From Chloroflexota bacterium (GTDB lineage: Bacteria > Chloroflexota > Dehalococcoidia > Lucifugimonadales > UBA3495), in NCBI GenBank assembly GCA_009840165.1, contig VXOG01000034.1:2455-66454 (forward strand): a stretch of 64,000 nucleotides of DNA, read 5' to 3'. Each line of letters starts with the position of its first letter. Position 1 is the first letter of the stretch. A program made the translations under genes and the position numbers. Positions 45,047-53,000 of the stretch are shown here, one piece after another. The notes under the pieces were generated by a model, which had not been told where the DNA came from, searched no databases, and worked only from the letters and a program-made list of their open reading frames with translations.

Positions 45047-45256
45047 ATGCCCGCTGATCCCATCTGTCCCGTCTGCAAGACCGTGATCAACGAGGACAGC
45101 GCTCGCGCCACCACCGGCCAGACCATGCACGGCGCCAACGAAGTGGACCCCAACGCCGGAACCCGCAGTTTCTTCAACGGCGAGTGGTACTATTTTTGCA
45201 CCTTGCAGTGCCGCACCCAGTTCCTGACGGCGCCCAACACCTACATCGAAAACTAA
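45047..45256 (+). CDS. YHS/TRASH-type small metal-binding-domain protein
   Basis: 69 aa. DPICPVC...NGEWYYFCTLQCRTQFLTAPNTY matches the YHS-domain pattern. Confidence 0.65.
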   Translation: MPADPICPVCKTVINEDSARATTGQTMHGANEVDPNAGTRSFFNGEWYYFCTLQCRTQFLTAPNTYIEN

Positions 45257-45262
45257 CCCTTT

Positions 45263-45294
45263 TGTCATTGCGAGCGCAGCGTGGCAATCCCGTT
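45263..45294. repeat. Second copy of the 'tgtcattgcgagcg..gcgtggcaatcccgtt' intergenic element (5' half only)
   Basis: 31/32 identical to 10001-10032. The 3' hairpin arm is missing here. Confidence 0.8.
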
Positions 45295-45340
45295 GCCCGC
45301 TCCGCAGACTTAACACGAACATACTCCCCGGAGGACCATC

Positions 45341-46426
45341 ATGCAGCACGTCGGTCTGGTAATGGAGTGCGATTACCGGGAGGGACGCACGCAGGACGAA
45401 GCATTCGATGAAGCTTTCACCGTAGCCCAGCTGGCGGACGAAGCCGGAATCGACGGCGTGTGGCTGGCCGAACGGCATTTCGCCGCCCCGCGAACTCCGA
45501 CCGACCCCGGCGGAGCCGGAATCCCATCCGTGTCGTCGGTGCCGCTTATGATGGCCGGCATCATCGCCGCGCGCACCGAGCGGGTGCGCGTGGGAACGGG
45601 CGTCAGCGTATTGCCGCTGGCCCACCCCATCCGGCTGGCCGAAGAAGCGGCCACCGTGGACAACATTTCCAAGGGCCGCTTGGACTTTGGCATCGGGCGC
45701 AGCAGTTTCCCCCGCTCCTACCAGGGCTATGACGTGCCTTACGACGAGAGCCGCGAGCGGTTCGCCGAAGCGCTGGAGATAATCCTCAAAGCCTGGAACA
45801 ACTACCGATTCGACCACCACGGCCATTACTACAACATGGATGATGTGGTAGTGACGCCGCGACCGTATCAGCAACCGCACCCGCCCATCCGCATCGCCGC
45901 GAACTCCATTGACACCTTTGGCATTGTTGGACAACTGGGTTTCCCGCTGGTGACGGGAGTTCGTGGGCAGGGGCTGAAACAGGTTGCAAACAACTTGGAT
46001 CTCTACCGCGCCGCCGCGAAAGAAAGCGGCCACGATGTGGACGACGCCTATGTGCGAATGCCTATCTACGTGGCGGAGTCCATGGAGCAGGTGCGGGCCG
46101 ATACGGAGGAGAGCACCATGCGGGCTTTCCGCCGCACTGCCGATACCTACATACGAACGGTGGAAGCAGAGGGCGAAAACGCCTCAGCCGAACGTCGGCA
46201 GAGGGCTGAGCAACTGCTGAACACCACCTATGACGATCTGTTGGTTGACCGGGTCGCCTATGGATCACCGGACCAAGTGGCGGAACGTCTCGTTGAGATT
46301 CGGGATGAACTCGGCATCACAGGCGTGATCATGGAACCAAACCTGGGCGGCACGGTGCCCGCCGAGCGAGTGCAGAACTCAATCCGCCTCTACGCGGAAG
46401 AAGTAGCGCCAGCGATTCGCTCCTGA
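45341..46426 (+). CDS. LLM-class flavin-dependent oxidoreductase
   Basis: 361 aa. ...GVWLAERHF..., LAEEAATVDNISKGRLDFGIGRS. Confidence 0.85.
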   Translation: MQHVGLVMECDYREGRTQDEAFDEAFTVAQLADEAGIDGVWLAERHFAAPRTPTDPGGAGIPSVSSVPLMMAGIIAARTERVRVGTGVSVLPLAHPIRLAEEAATVDNISKGRLDFGIGRSSFPRSYQGYDVPYDESRERFAEALEIILKAWNNYRFDHHGHYYNMDDVVVTPRPYQQPHPPIRIAANSIDTFGIVGQLGFPLVTGVRGQGLKQVANNLDLYRAAAKESGHDVDDAYVRMPIYVAESMEQVRADTEESTMRAFRRTADTYIRTVEAEGENASAERRQRAEQLLNTTYDDLLVDRVAYGSPDQVAERLVEIRDELGITGVIMEPNLGGTVPAERVQNSIRLYAEEVAPAIRS

Positions 46427-46452
46427 AGACAAAGCCGCTCCTAGCAGCAATG

Positions 46453-46478
46453 GCCCCGCCCTCCGGCGGGGCTTTTTT
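46453..46478 (+). terminator. Intrinsic terminator
   Basis: gccccgcc-ctcc-ggcggggc followed by tttttt. Confidence 0.75.
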
Positions 46479-46500
46479 GCATGGGAGCGCAGTTGGATCG

Positions 46501-46914
46501 CTAGCCAGCTTGCTGTGTTTGGTGGCGGCGCAATTCTGACAACAGGAAGGGTATATCGTCAGTGGCGGATTCCCAAACGATTCCAGGATCCACGTCCCAA
46601 GGGCGATGAACCAAGAAAGTCCGCAAGCCTGACAATGCTCTCCAGTAAATGCCAATCGTGCGAGTACGGGCTTCATCACCAAGTCCTTTGGCGGTGTCGG
46701 CGATCAAACCCATAACGTGATAAATTGCCCAGCGTGTTCTGAGGTCGCCGTCAGCGTATTCGGTGGAATACTGCTGGCATAGCCAGCCGACAGTCTCGCA
46801 CCAGAACTCCACCAGCCGAATCCTGTCATCGGGTTTCGGACCTCGCTCATCCTCCGGCGTAAATAACATCGCGTCCATCCAGCCGTTCCCGTGCCCCATC
46901 CGCCCCGTCCTCAA
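46501..46914 (-). CDS. HepT-like (DUF86, HEPN) toxin
   Basis: ...LSGLRTFLVHRPWDVDPGIVWE... carries the Rx4H HEPN motif in the usual DUF86 context. Start is uncertain because the 5' 68 nt overlap the upstream gene. Confidence 0.6.
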   Translation of the reverse strand: MRTGRMGHGNGWMDAMLFTPEDERGPKPDDRIRLVEFWCETVGWLCQQYSTEYADGDLRTRWAIYHVMGLIADTAKGLGDEARTRTIGIYWRALSGLRTFLVHRPWDVDPGIVWESATDDIPFLLSELRRHQTQQAG

Positions 46915-47320
46915 TGTTCATCTCAAGCATGTCTTTGTCCATGATCCAAACGTGGCAACCCAGCAGGCTGTACAAGTCATCGACCACGTCGAAGTGATGC
47001 TTCTTAAATCCCCAGCTTCGTTTGCCGGGACCAAAATCTCCAATTAAGTAAAGATCAACCTCTGCGAATGGGTTTTTTTCCATCACATAATCAGGGTCTG
47101 GCGGCGGGCGCGTTTCACTGGGATCAACGGCCAGTTCATGCACTCCCCAACGCCGGCAAATTTCGGCAATGGCATCCAGCGGGAGATCATCGCGAGTCAG
47201 CAGGGGTTTGGATTCAGGAGTAGTCACAGCAAACTCCAGAGCGGCAGCGGAAGTCGGCCTAGCCGCCACTTTCAGAATAGCATCTTTCGGATTAACTGCC
47301 GATTTCACCCAGGAAAGCAA
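46847..47320 (-). CDS. MntA-like nucleotidyltransferase-fold partner, degenerate motifs
   Basis: Sits upstream of and overlapping the DUF86 gene. ...ICRRWGVHELAV[DPS]...FAEVDLYLIGDF...LLGCHVWIM parallels ...LFGS..G....SD(V/I)DLLV...VDLV. The GS and DxD motifs are not conserved. Start is uncertain. Confidence 0.45.
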   Translation of the reverse strand: MLSWVKSAVNPKDAILKVAARPTSAAALEFAVTTPESKPLLTRDDLPLDAIAEICRRWGVHELAVDPSETRPPPDPDYVMEKNPFAEVDLYLIGDFGPGKRSWGFKKHHFDVVDDLYSLLGCHVWIMDKDMLEMNIEDGADGARERLDGRDVIYAGG

Positions 47321-48182
47321 GCAGGGCGGCGTTTACCTCATCGGGCTTCTCTTCGTGGAGGAAGTGTCCGCCCCCGGGGATGAATTGAGTCCGCAGGTTG
47401 GAAGCGGCTCGTTTCCACGTTTCTTCCGGGTCTTGCTCGTTGGCGGAGGAAGTGCGCTGACGCCGCTCGCCCCACAGGTACAGAACGGGAATGTCCAGCA
47501 CGCGGTCGGCGTCTGCTCGCCAGTCGGGCGGGTCCTCATAGGCGGCGGCACGGTAGTAGGAGAAGCCTCCTCGCAGCGCGCCGGGTTGAGAGTACGCCTT
47601 AGCGTACACCGCCACCTCCTCATCGGACATCATCGCCTGGTTCACCGACCAGTTGCGGTAGAAATGGCGCAGGTACGCCTCCTCGTTGCCACGCACCAGG
47701 TGCTCCGCCAGGTCGGGAATCTGGTGGAAATACGAATGCCACCGTTCCCGCACGCCGGCGGGAGTCTGCGGGCCCAATTGCTCCAGGGGATGAGTGCCGT
47801 CGAGCAAGGCCAGGCGGTCAACCTCGGCTTCGTGGTCCAGGCAGTAGCGGTAGGATACGCGCACGCCGATGTCGTGGCCCACGATGGCGACCCGGTCGTG
47901 TCCCAGGTGCCGCGCCAGTTCGTAAATGTCCGTAGCGGCCGTGCGGGTTCGGTAGTCATGCAGGGGTTTTTCCGACGCGCCGAAGCCACGCATGTCGGGC
48001 ACGATTACTTGGTAATGCTCCGACAACACGGGAATCTGTTTGCGCCACGAAAACCACATCTCCGGCCACCCGTGCAACAGAATCACAGGAAATCCGTCTC
48101 CCTCAATAACGTAGTGGATGTTGACGCCGTTGACTCGCGCGGTGCGGTGGTTGAAATTCCAATTGGACATAGTATTCACCAT
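47292..48182 (-). CDS. Alpha/beta hydrolase, epoxide hydrolase / haloalkane dehalogenase-like
   Basis: HGWPE oxyanion motif, GHDIG nucleophile elbow (Asp nucleophile), C-terminal GGHFLHEE. Confidence 0.85.
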   Translation of the reverse strand: MVNTMSNWNFNHRTARVNGVNIHYVIEGDGFPVILLHGWPEMWFSWRKQIPVLSEHYQVIVPDMRGFGASEKPLHDYRTRTAATDIYELARHLGHDRVAIVGHDIGVRVSYRYCLDHEAEVDRLALLDGTHPLEQLGPQTPAGVRERWHSYFHQIPDLAEHLVRGNEEAYLRHFYRNWSVNQAMMSDEEVAVYAKAYSQPGALRGGFSYYRAAAYEDPPDWRADADRVLDIPVLYLWGERRQRTSSANEQDPEETWKRAASNLRTQFIPGGGHFLHEEKPDEVNAALLAFLGEIGS

Positions 48183-48206
48183 ATAGCAATCATTCGGTCA
48201 AAACCC

Positions 48207-48234
48207 GTAGGGGCGAATAATTATTCGCCCCTAC
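48207..48234. repeat. 28-nt perfect palindrome (REP-like / terminator)
   Basis: gtaggggcgaataa|ttattcgcccctac. Half-copy at 10072-10094. Confidence 0.85.
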
Positions 48235-48256
48235 ATCGCGATTCTTTCGGCCGGGT

Positions 48257-48673
48257 TTAAAGGTTCATAGCGTCCAAGCCGACGCGGGAAAGGTCTTCGT
48301 CAGCCTGACCACTGGGGTAGCCGCCCACGCCGATGCCGCCCAGGATCACGCCGTCCTTCATAATCACCAACCCGCCCTGGCCGTGCGTGAACCTGGGGTC
48401 CCCGAGGTCGGCGATGTTGCGGCCCTGGGCGTGGAGGCCAGCAGCGTGTTCGCCGGAGTCCCGACCCATCACCGCTGAGGTGTACGCCTTGCGCAGGGCG
48501 TGACGGCGGCTGAATATCCGCAGGTTATCCATGGTGAGATAAGCCACCAGCTCGCCGCCGGCATCGACGATTGCCATTGCCACGGGCGCGTCGGGGGTCT
48601 CGTTGGCTTTGGTGAGCATCGCGCTCATTGCGGCGGTGACTTGTTCAGTGGTCAACGCGGGTTTGGTTGCCAT
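48257..48673 (-). CDS. GlcG/HbpS-like (DUF336) heme-binding-family protein
   Basis: ...PVAMAIVDAGGELVAY..., GGLVIMKDGVILGGIGVGG pattern. GGAGG RBS favours ATG 48673 over 48697. Confidence 0.8.
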   Translation of the reverse strand: MATKPALTTEQVTAAMSAMLTKANETPDAPVAMAIVDAGGELVAYLTMDNLRIFSRRHALRKAYTSAVMGRDSGEHAAGLHAQGRNIADLGDPRFTHGQGGLVIMKDGVILGGIGVGGYPSGQADEDLSRVGLDAMNL

Positions 48674-48814
48674 GAGAATTCCTCCTGATACTTTCAACTG
48701 AAATCCAACGGGATGATACCACGCTGTTTGTGGGTTATAATCTGCGCAATTCGCGCCGCCGGAGCCTTTGCCGCGTCAAAATAGCCTCCGGCAGCGTCAC
48801 ATAGGAGATGGTTA

Positions 48815-49282
48815 ATGCCAGGCCAAATTGGCGACGTTGCCCCAGATTTCACCCTGCCATCGCCGCATCACGGCGATGTTTCGTTGAACACCTACCGCGG
48901 GAGCCACACCGTAGTGTTGTCGTTCCACGTCCTGGATTTCACCGGTGGTTGAACGGATCAGGCGACTTCGTTCCGCCGTTTCAACGGACGGTTCGAAGAG
49001 TTGAATGCCCAGGTGCTGGGCATCAGTTGCGACCATGTTGCCGCGCATCGCGCCTGGACGACTTCCATGGGCGGGTTGCCGTACCCAGAGTTGTCGGACT
49101 GGCACCCTAAGGGTCAGGTGACAACCGCGTATGACCTCTGGAACGACGAGCGGGGCGCAGGAACCCGCGCCGTGATCATCGTGGACCCGGAGGGGGTGAT
49201 TCGCTACCGGGAAACCTACGAACCGGGCACACTTCCCGACCCGGAGACGATTCTTGCTGCGGTGGAAAACATCGGCACGTAA
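48815..49282 (+). CDS. Peroxiredoxin (PrxQ/BCP-like) with an in-frame TGA at the peroxidatic Cys position: candidate selenoprotein, otherwise a pseudogene
   Basis: AGGAGA RBS. MPGQIGDVAPDFTLP...VVLSFHVLDFTGG[TGA 48950-48952]TDQATSFRR...AQVLGISCD... The track shows only the distal part (49001-49282), which is in the same frame. Confidence 0.7.
48966..48998 (+). promoter_or_regulatory. SECIS-like hairpin 13 nt downstream of the in-frame TGA
   Basis: cttcg-tt-ccg-ccg-tttcaa-cgg-a-cgg-tt-cgaag: 5+3+3 bp stem with a UU/UU internal loop, a bulged A and a 6-nt apical loop. Confidence 0.45.
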
Positions 49283-49292
49283 GCAACTAGAA

Positions 49293-49314
49293 GGGGCGAC
49301 CTAAAGGTCGCCCC
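49293..49314 (+). terminator. Hairpin after the peroxiredoxin gene
   Basis: ggggcgacc-taaa-ggtcgcccc, between convergent genes. Confidence 0.6.
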
Positions 49315-49353
49315 CCAAATTTCCGGTCCGGATTCCGATTAGTCGGGTCTATT

Positions 49354-50208
49354 TTATTCGCCGATTCCCTCGATGCGATATTGCACGGCTCCGCGGGGAG
49401 TGGCGATTGTCAACTCTTCGCCGACGCTGCGGCCCATGAGAGCCTGGCCAATGGGCGAGACCGTCGATATTTTGCCTGCCGAAACATCAGCCTCGCGGAC
49501 ATCCACCAGCGTGAAAGCCCGCTGCTGCTGAGTATCCAGGTCATGGAGCGTGACGCGAGAACCGATGCTGACTTTCTCAGTGTCCGCGTTGGCAGCGTCA
49601 ACGATCTCCACACGGGCCAGGTCATTTTCAAGCTGTCGGATACGCCGTTCCACCAGTTGCTGCTGTTCGCGTGCGGCGTCCAGAGGAGCGTTTTCCCGCA
49701 CGTCGCCGTCGCTGCGGGCCAAGCGGATGGTCTCTCGGATTTGAGGAACCTCAGCCCTGAGCCTGTGCAGTTCTTCCTGCAATTCGTCGTGGCGTTCCTG
49801 GCTGAGCCTGGCGGTGGGAGTGCTGCCCCCGGTGGCCTGGTCGTTGTTCTGGAAGCGGCGCCGATTGCGGCGAGGGGCGGTAGCGTAGCGGGCGAGGCTG
49901 ATCTGGGTCCAACCATTGCGGTTGGCGAAAGTCAGGAATTTTTTGACCGGATCGAGGCGGGAAGCCGGGTTTTCCACATTTTCGGTGGTCCAGCGGGCGT
50001 ATTCTCCGACTTCAATAGCGTGCAGAGTTGAAATCGTTTTGTCCTTGCCAATCCTGGCTTGGAAGCGCAGCAATTCCTGCTGGCCTTGCATGGTTTGGCG
50101 TGCTTCCTTAAGGTGAGCCACAAAGATGTCAATGGCTTGAGATATCGAGAGGTGCGGTTCGTTGGTCAACTTGTATCCCTCCAGTCCGGTCGCAATCTCA
50201 CGCCGCAT
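49354..50208 (-). CDS. GreA/GreB-family transcript-cleavage-factor domain with a roughly 130-aa N-terminal extension
   Basis: The C-terminal roughly 150 aa (...ARSDGDVRENAPLDAAREQQQLVERRIRQLE...IGSRVTL...ISTVSPIGQALMGRSVGEE...) is GreA-like. The N-terminal part is unrelated. Confidence 0.75.
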   Translation of the reverse strand: MRREIATGLEGYKLTNEPHLSISQAIDIFVAHLKEARQTMQGQQELLRFQARIGKDKTISTLHAIEVGEYARWTTENVENPASRLDPVKKFLTFANRNGWTQISLARYATAPRRNRRRFQNNDQATGGSTPTARLSQERHDELQEELHRLRAEVPQIRETIRLARSDGDVRENAPLDAAREQQQLVERRIRQLENDLARVEIVDAANADTEKVSIGSRVTLHDLDTQQQRAFTLVDVREADVSAGKISTVSPIGQALMGRSVGEELTIATPRGAVQYRIEGIGE

Positions 50209-50347
50209 ATTGTCTCAATAATAGCATTTTGATTGTGGCATGGGCAATTATGTTGAATTCGTCGGGTTGTGGGGCGCGGGTCTTGTTGTGCTATTCTACT
50301 GGTCCTGAGCCCATTGGCTCTGAGCCCATGGCAGGAGGATGGTGGAT

Positions 50348-51313
50348 ATGAAAGCAGTGCAAATCACGGAGTATGGCGGTCCGGAGGTGCTCCAGTACGT
50401 GGACCTGCCCGACCTCAACGCCGGAGCCGATCAGGCTGTGGTTGAAATCCAGGCGGTGGGCGTCAACTTCACGGACATCTACAGCCGCATGGGCGTAAAT
50501 CCACCGGGACTGCCCTGGGTGGCCGGCGTAGAAGGCGCCGGCGTGGTTCGGGAAGTCGGACCGGGGGTCAACAACGTGGCGGTAGGCGACACCGTGGCCT
50601 ATTGCAGCCATCCGGGTTCGTATGCCGAACAGGCGTTGGTGCCGGCATGGCGTCTCATCAAAATGCCGGAGGGCCTGTCGGCACAGGATGGAGCGGCAGC
50701 CATGCTGCAAGGCATGACGGCTCACTACCTCTGCTACGACACATACCGGGTGCAAGCAGGCGACCGGGTGCTGGTGCATTCCGGGGCCGGCGGCGTGGGG
50801 CTGCTGCTGATCCAGATGTGCAAGGCGTTGGGGGCTTACGTTTATTCAACGGTGTCCACCGAAGCCAAAGCCGAGCTGGCGCGGGGCGCCGGAGCCGATC
50901 ACGTAATCCTGTACACCGAGCAGGATTTCGCCGCCGAAATCCACAAGGCAACCGATGGCGCAGGGTTGCAAGCGGTGTACGACGCTGTGGGCAAGGATAC
51001 GTTCGACGGCAGCGTCGCGTGCCTGGCTCCCCGGGGCTATATGGTGCTGTACGGACAGGCCAGCGGCGCGGTGCCGGCGATGGATCCTCGAGTATTGGGC
51101 AACGGTTCAAAGTTCCTCACCCGCCCGGGATTGGGAGACTATACTGCAAACCGCGAGGAGTTGGAGCAGCGCGCCGGCGCAGTATTGGGCTGGGTGCAAT
51201 CGGGTGAGCTTAAGTTGAGGGTGGAGCACCACTTCGCTTTGTCGGACGCTGACGAGGCGCACCGGCAACTGGCCGGTCGCGCCACCACCGGCAAAATCAT
51301 CCTGACGCCGTAG
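50348..51313 (+). CDS. NADPH:quinone oxidoreductase (zeta-crystallin/MDR family)
   Basis: MKAVQITEYGGPEVLQYVD...; GAGGVGLLLIQMCKALGA Rossmann motif. Confidence 0.85.
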   Translation: MKAVQITEYGGPEVLQYVDLPDLNAGADQAVVEIQAVGVNFTDIYSRMGVNPPGLPWVAGVEGAGVVREVGPGVNNVAVGDTVAYCSHPGSYAEQALVPAWRLIKMPEGLSAQDGAAAMLQGMTAHYLCYDTYRVQAGDRVLVHSGAGGVGLLLIQMCKALGAYVYSTVSTEAKAELARGAGADHVILYTEQDFAAEIHKATDGAGLQAVYDAVGKDTFDGSVACLAPRGYMVLYGQASGAVPAMDPRVLGNGSKFLTRPGLGDYTANREELEQRAGAVLGWVQSGELKLRVEHHFALSDADEAHRQLAGRATTGKIILTP

Positions 51314-51399
51314 CGCAGATGCTAACGCCGGTTGTCAATAAAGCCGGAACCGGCTCTGCCGATGGCCGGCGTTCCCCTCCACCCGCGCCGAAGGGGATA

Positions 51400-51768
51400 A
51401 TGTTGAGCGACCTGGAGTGGGTTAAAAGGGTCGCTCAACAATACCGGATGGAAAATTTGGACCTCACCGCCGGCTCGGTTGTTTTGGAACGAACCGTGTC
51501 GGCCGGTGGGCGTTGTTTCTGCTATCCGGACGGCTCCTGGTTGATTGGGTTGTCGCTGCCCAGGCTGCAACGCTGCGGGCGGAACGGGATGGAGGGTATT
51601 CTGGCCCACGAATTGCTGCACGCGTGGTTGTGGTCGCGCTATGGCTACGCCGGACACGGACGGTTGTTTGGCGACCACGCCTCGGTGCGAGGCATACCCA
51701 GATGGTGCTCGGACGTCCACGAAGCGCTTCGGCAGGGGCCACAGCAATTGCTGCTGTTCGACACGTGA
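51400..51768 (+). CDS. SprT-like zinc metallopeptidase-domain protein
   Basis: HELLHAW (HExxH). Start is uncertain; the track ORF begins at 51319. Confidence 0.5.
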   Translation: MLSDLEWVKRVAQQYRMENLDLTAGSVVLERTVSAGGRCFCYPDGSWLIGLSLPRLQRCGRNGMEGILAHELLHAWLWSRYGYAGHGRLFGDHASVRGIPRWCSDVHEALRQGPQQLLLFDT

Positions 51769-52016
51769 TCGGGGTATGGCGTACCGTCCGAGAGTTGTGC
51801 TGTTGCCGTACCGGAAGCCGGCGGATTAATCGGGCTGCGGCGATCAACGACAACGGATGTCGAAGCGAATAGAATCAGCGTCTGGTTATTCCGTCGCGCT
51901 TTGGATACCCGGTGTGGCGAAACAACCAGACCGGGTATTGTCAATAGATTTTATTGCAATTTTCACAAAAAATAGCCAACTTTTGGGCTATCCGTGCTTA
52001 CCGGGGCGGTTTAAAT

Positions 52017-52045
52017 TTGACACGCATACTTTATGAGGCTAAACT
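52017..52045 (+). promoter_or_regulatory. Strong sigma70-type promoter candidate
   Basis: TTGACA (52017-52022), 17-nt spacer, TAAACT (52040-52045), preceded by an AT-rich tract that is unusual for this window. Confidence 0.55.
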
Positions 52046-52049
52046 GCAG

Positions 52050-52498
52050 GGCAGCATAAGCAGGTCTGCACGCCCATTTAACCTGCCCTTAAACAAGGAG
52101 GCCACATGAGTGCAGCCGCGCCGAAAGCGCACCGGAAATCGCCGGATCCCGACTCTACGCAGCCCCGCATGCTGCGGGGAGAATCCATCGGGCAATCCGG
52201 ACGAGCAGCCTACCGGCAGAGGCAGATCGAGCCTCTGCGGGGACGTGGCAGCCACCAGCTTCCTTGCGAGCCTTAGCTGCTCCAAGCCTAAATGGGCGGC
52301 GGGATTAGCGCCCCGCACGACGCCCAGCCAGTTACTCGGGTCCTTGCCGCAACGACGGCAGCGGGTGTGAGCCTCGCTCCAAACTATGCCCGTAAGCACA
52401 CTTGTGCCAGTGCCGCCCGCGACGGCTTATATGTCGGTCAATACTGACTGCGATCCAAACCTCCAACTTCGGTTGGAATACACACACGAGGAGAAAAC
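52050..52498 (+). promoter_or_regulatory. Long, highly structured 5' leader of panD (candidate riboregulator, possibly pan-motif-like)
   Basis: Roughly 450 nt with no convincing CDS. Strong local hairpins include ccccgca-tgc-tgcgggg, gcagaggc-agatcga-gcctctgc, tgccg-caacga-cggca and ccaac-ttcg-gttgg. Contains a 56-codon sORF (52106-52276) with an AAGGAGG RBS. Confidence 0.45.
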
Positions 52499-52885
52499 AT
52501 GAGGGAGATTTTAAGGTCCAAGATTCACCGCTGTTGGATAACCGGAGCCAATCTGGGTTACGTTGGCAGCATTCTCATCGACCGCGACTTGATGGAAATG
52601 TCGGACATCGTTGCGTTCGAAAAGGTCCAGGTCGTGAACTGCAACAACGGGGCCCGGTTTGAAACCTACGTGCTGCCCGGTGAGCGCGGCAGCGGTGTCA
52701 TCTCAGTGCAGGGCGCGGCTGCCCGGCTCTGCCAGCTCGGAGACTGCGCGATCATCATGGCTTTTGAGGTAACCGACAAGCCGGTTGACCAACGCATGAT
52801 CCTGGTGGACGAAAACAACAAATTCCTCGAATGGATCGAGGGGTCTATGTACACCGCTGAGCCGGAGCCCGTCGCGCTTTTCTAA
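52499..52885 (+). CDS. panD: Aspartate 1-decarboxylase (pyruvoyl-dependent)
   Basis: [28 protein letters not shown]... with the Gly-Ser self-processing site. Confidence 0.9.
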   Translation: MREILRSKIHRCWITGANLGYVGSILIDRDLMEMSDIVAFEKVQVVNCNNGARFETYVLPGERGSGVISVQGAAARLCQLGDCAIIMAFEVTDKPVDQRMILVDENNKFLEWIEGSMYTAEPEPVALF

Positions 52886-53000
52886 AAGCAACACCGCGGC
52901 ATACTACGACGCTGGGGATGCCCTCTACCGTTCCTTCCGGAATGCAGAGGGCAACCTTCACTGTGGCGTGTTTGAAATTACCAACGCAAAAGGAGCAACT

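Noticed and set aside
48808-49110. Track ORF 48808-49110(+) as the gene at this locus.
   Set aside because: It is in a different frame from the peroxiredoxin and has a noise-like Arg/Pro-rich translation. The Prx frame (48815 onward) has the RBS and the family motifs.
52031-52399. ORFs 52110-52370(+) and 52031-52399(-) in the panD leader as protein genes.
   Set aside because: They overlap each other on opposite strands. They have Arg/Pro/Cys-rich noise-like composition and no RBS. The region is better explained as structured RNA. Only the 56-codon sORF with an AAGGAGG RBS is kept as a possibility.
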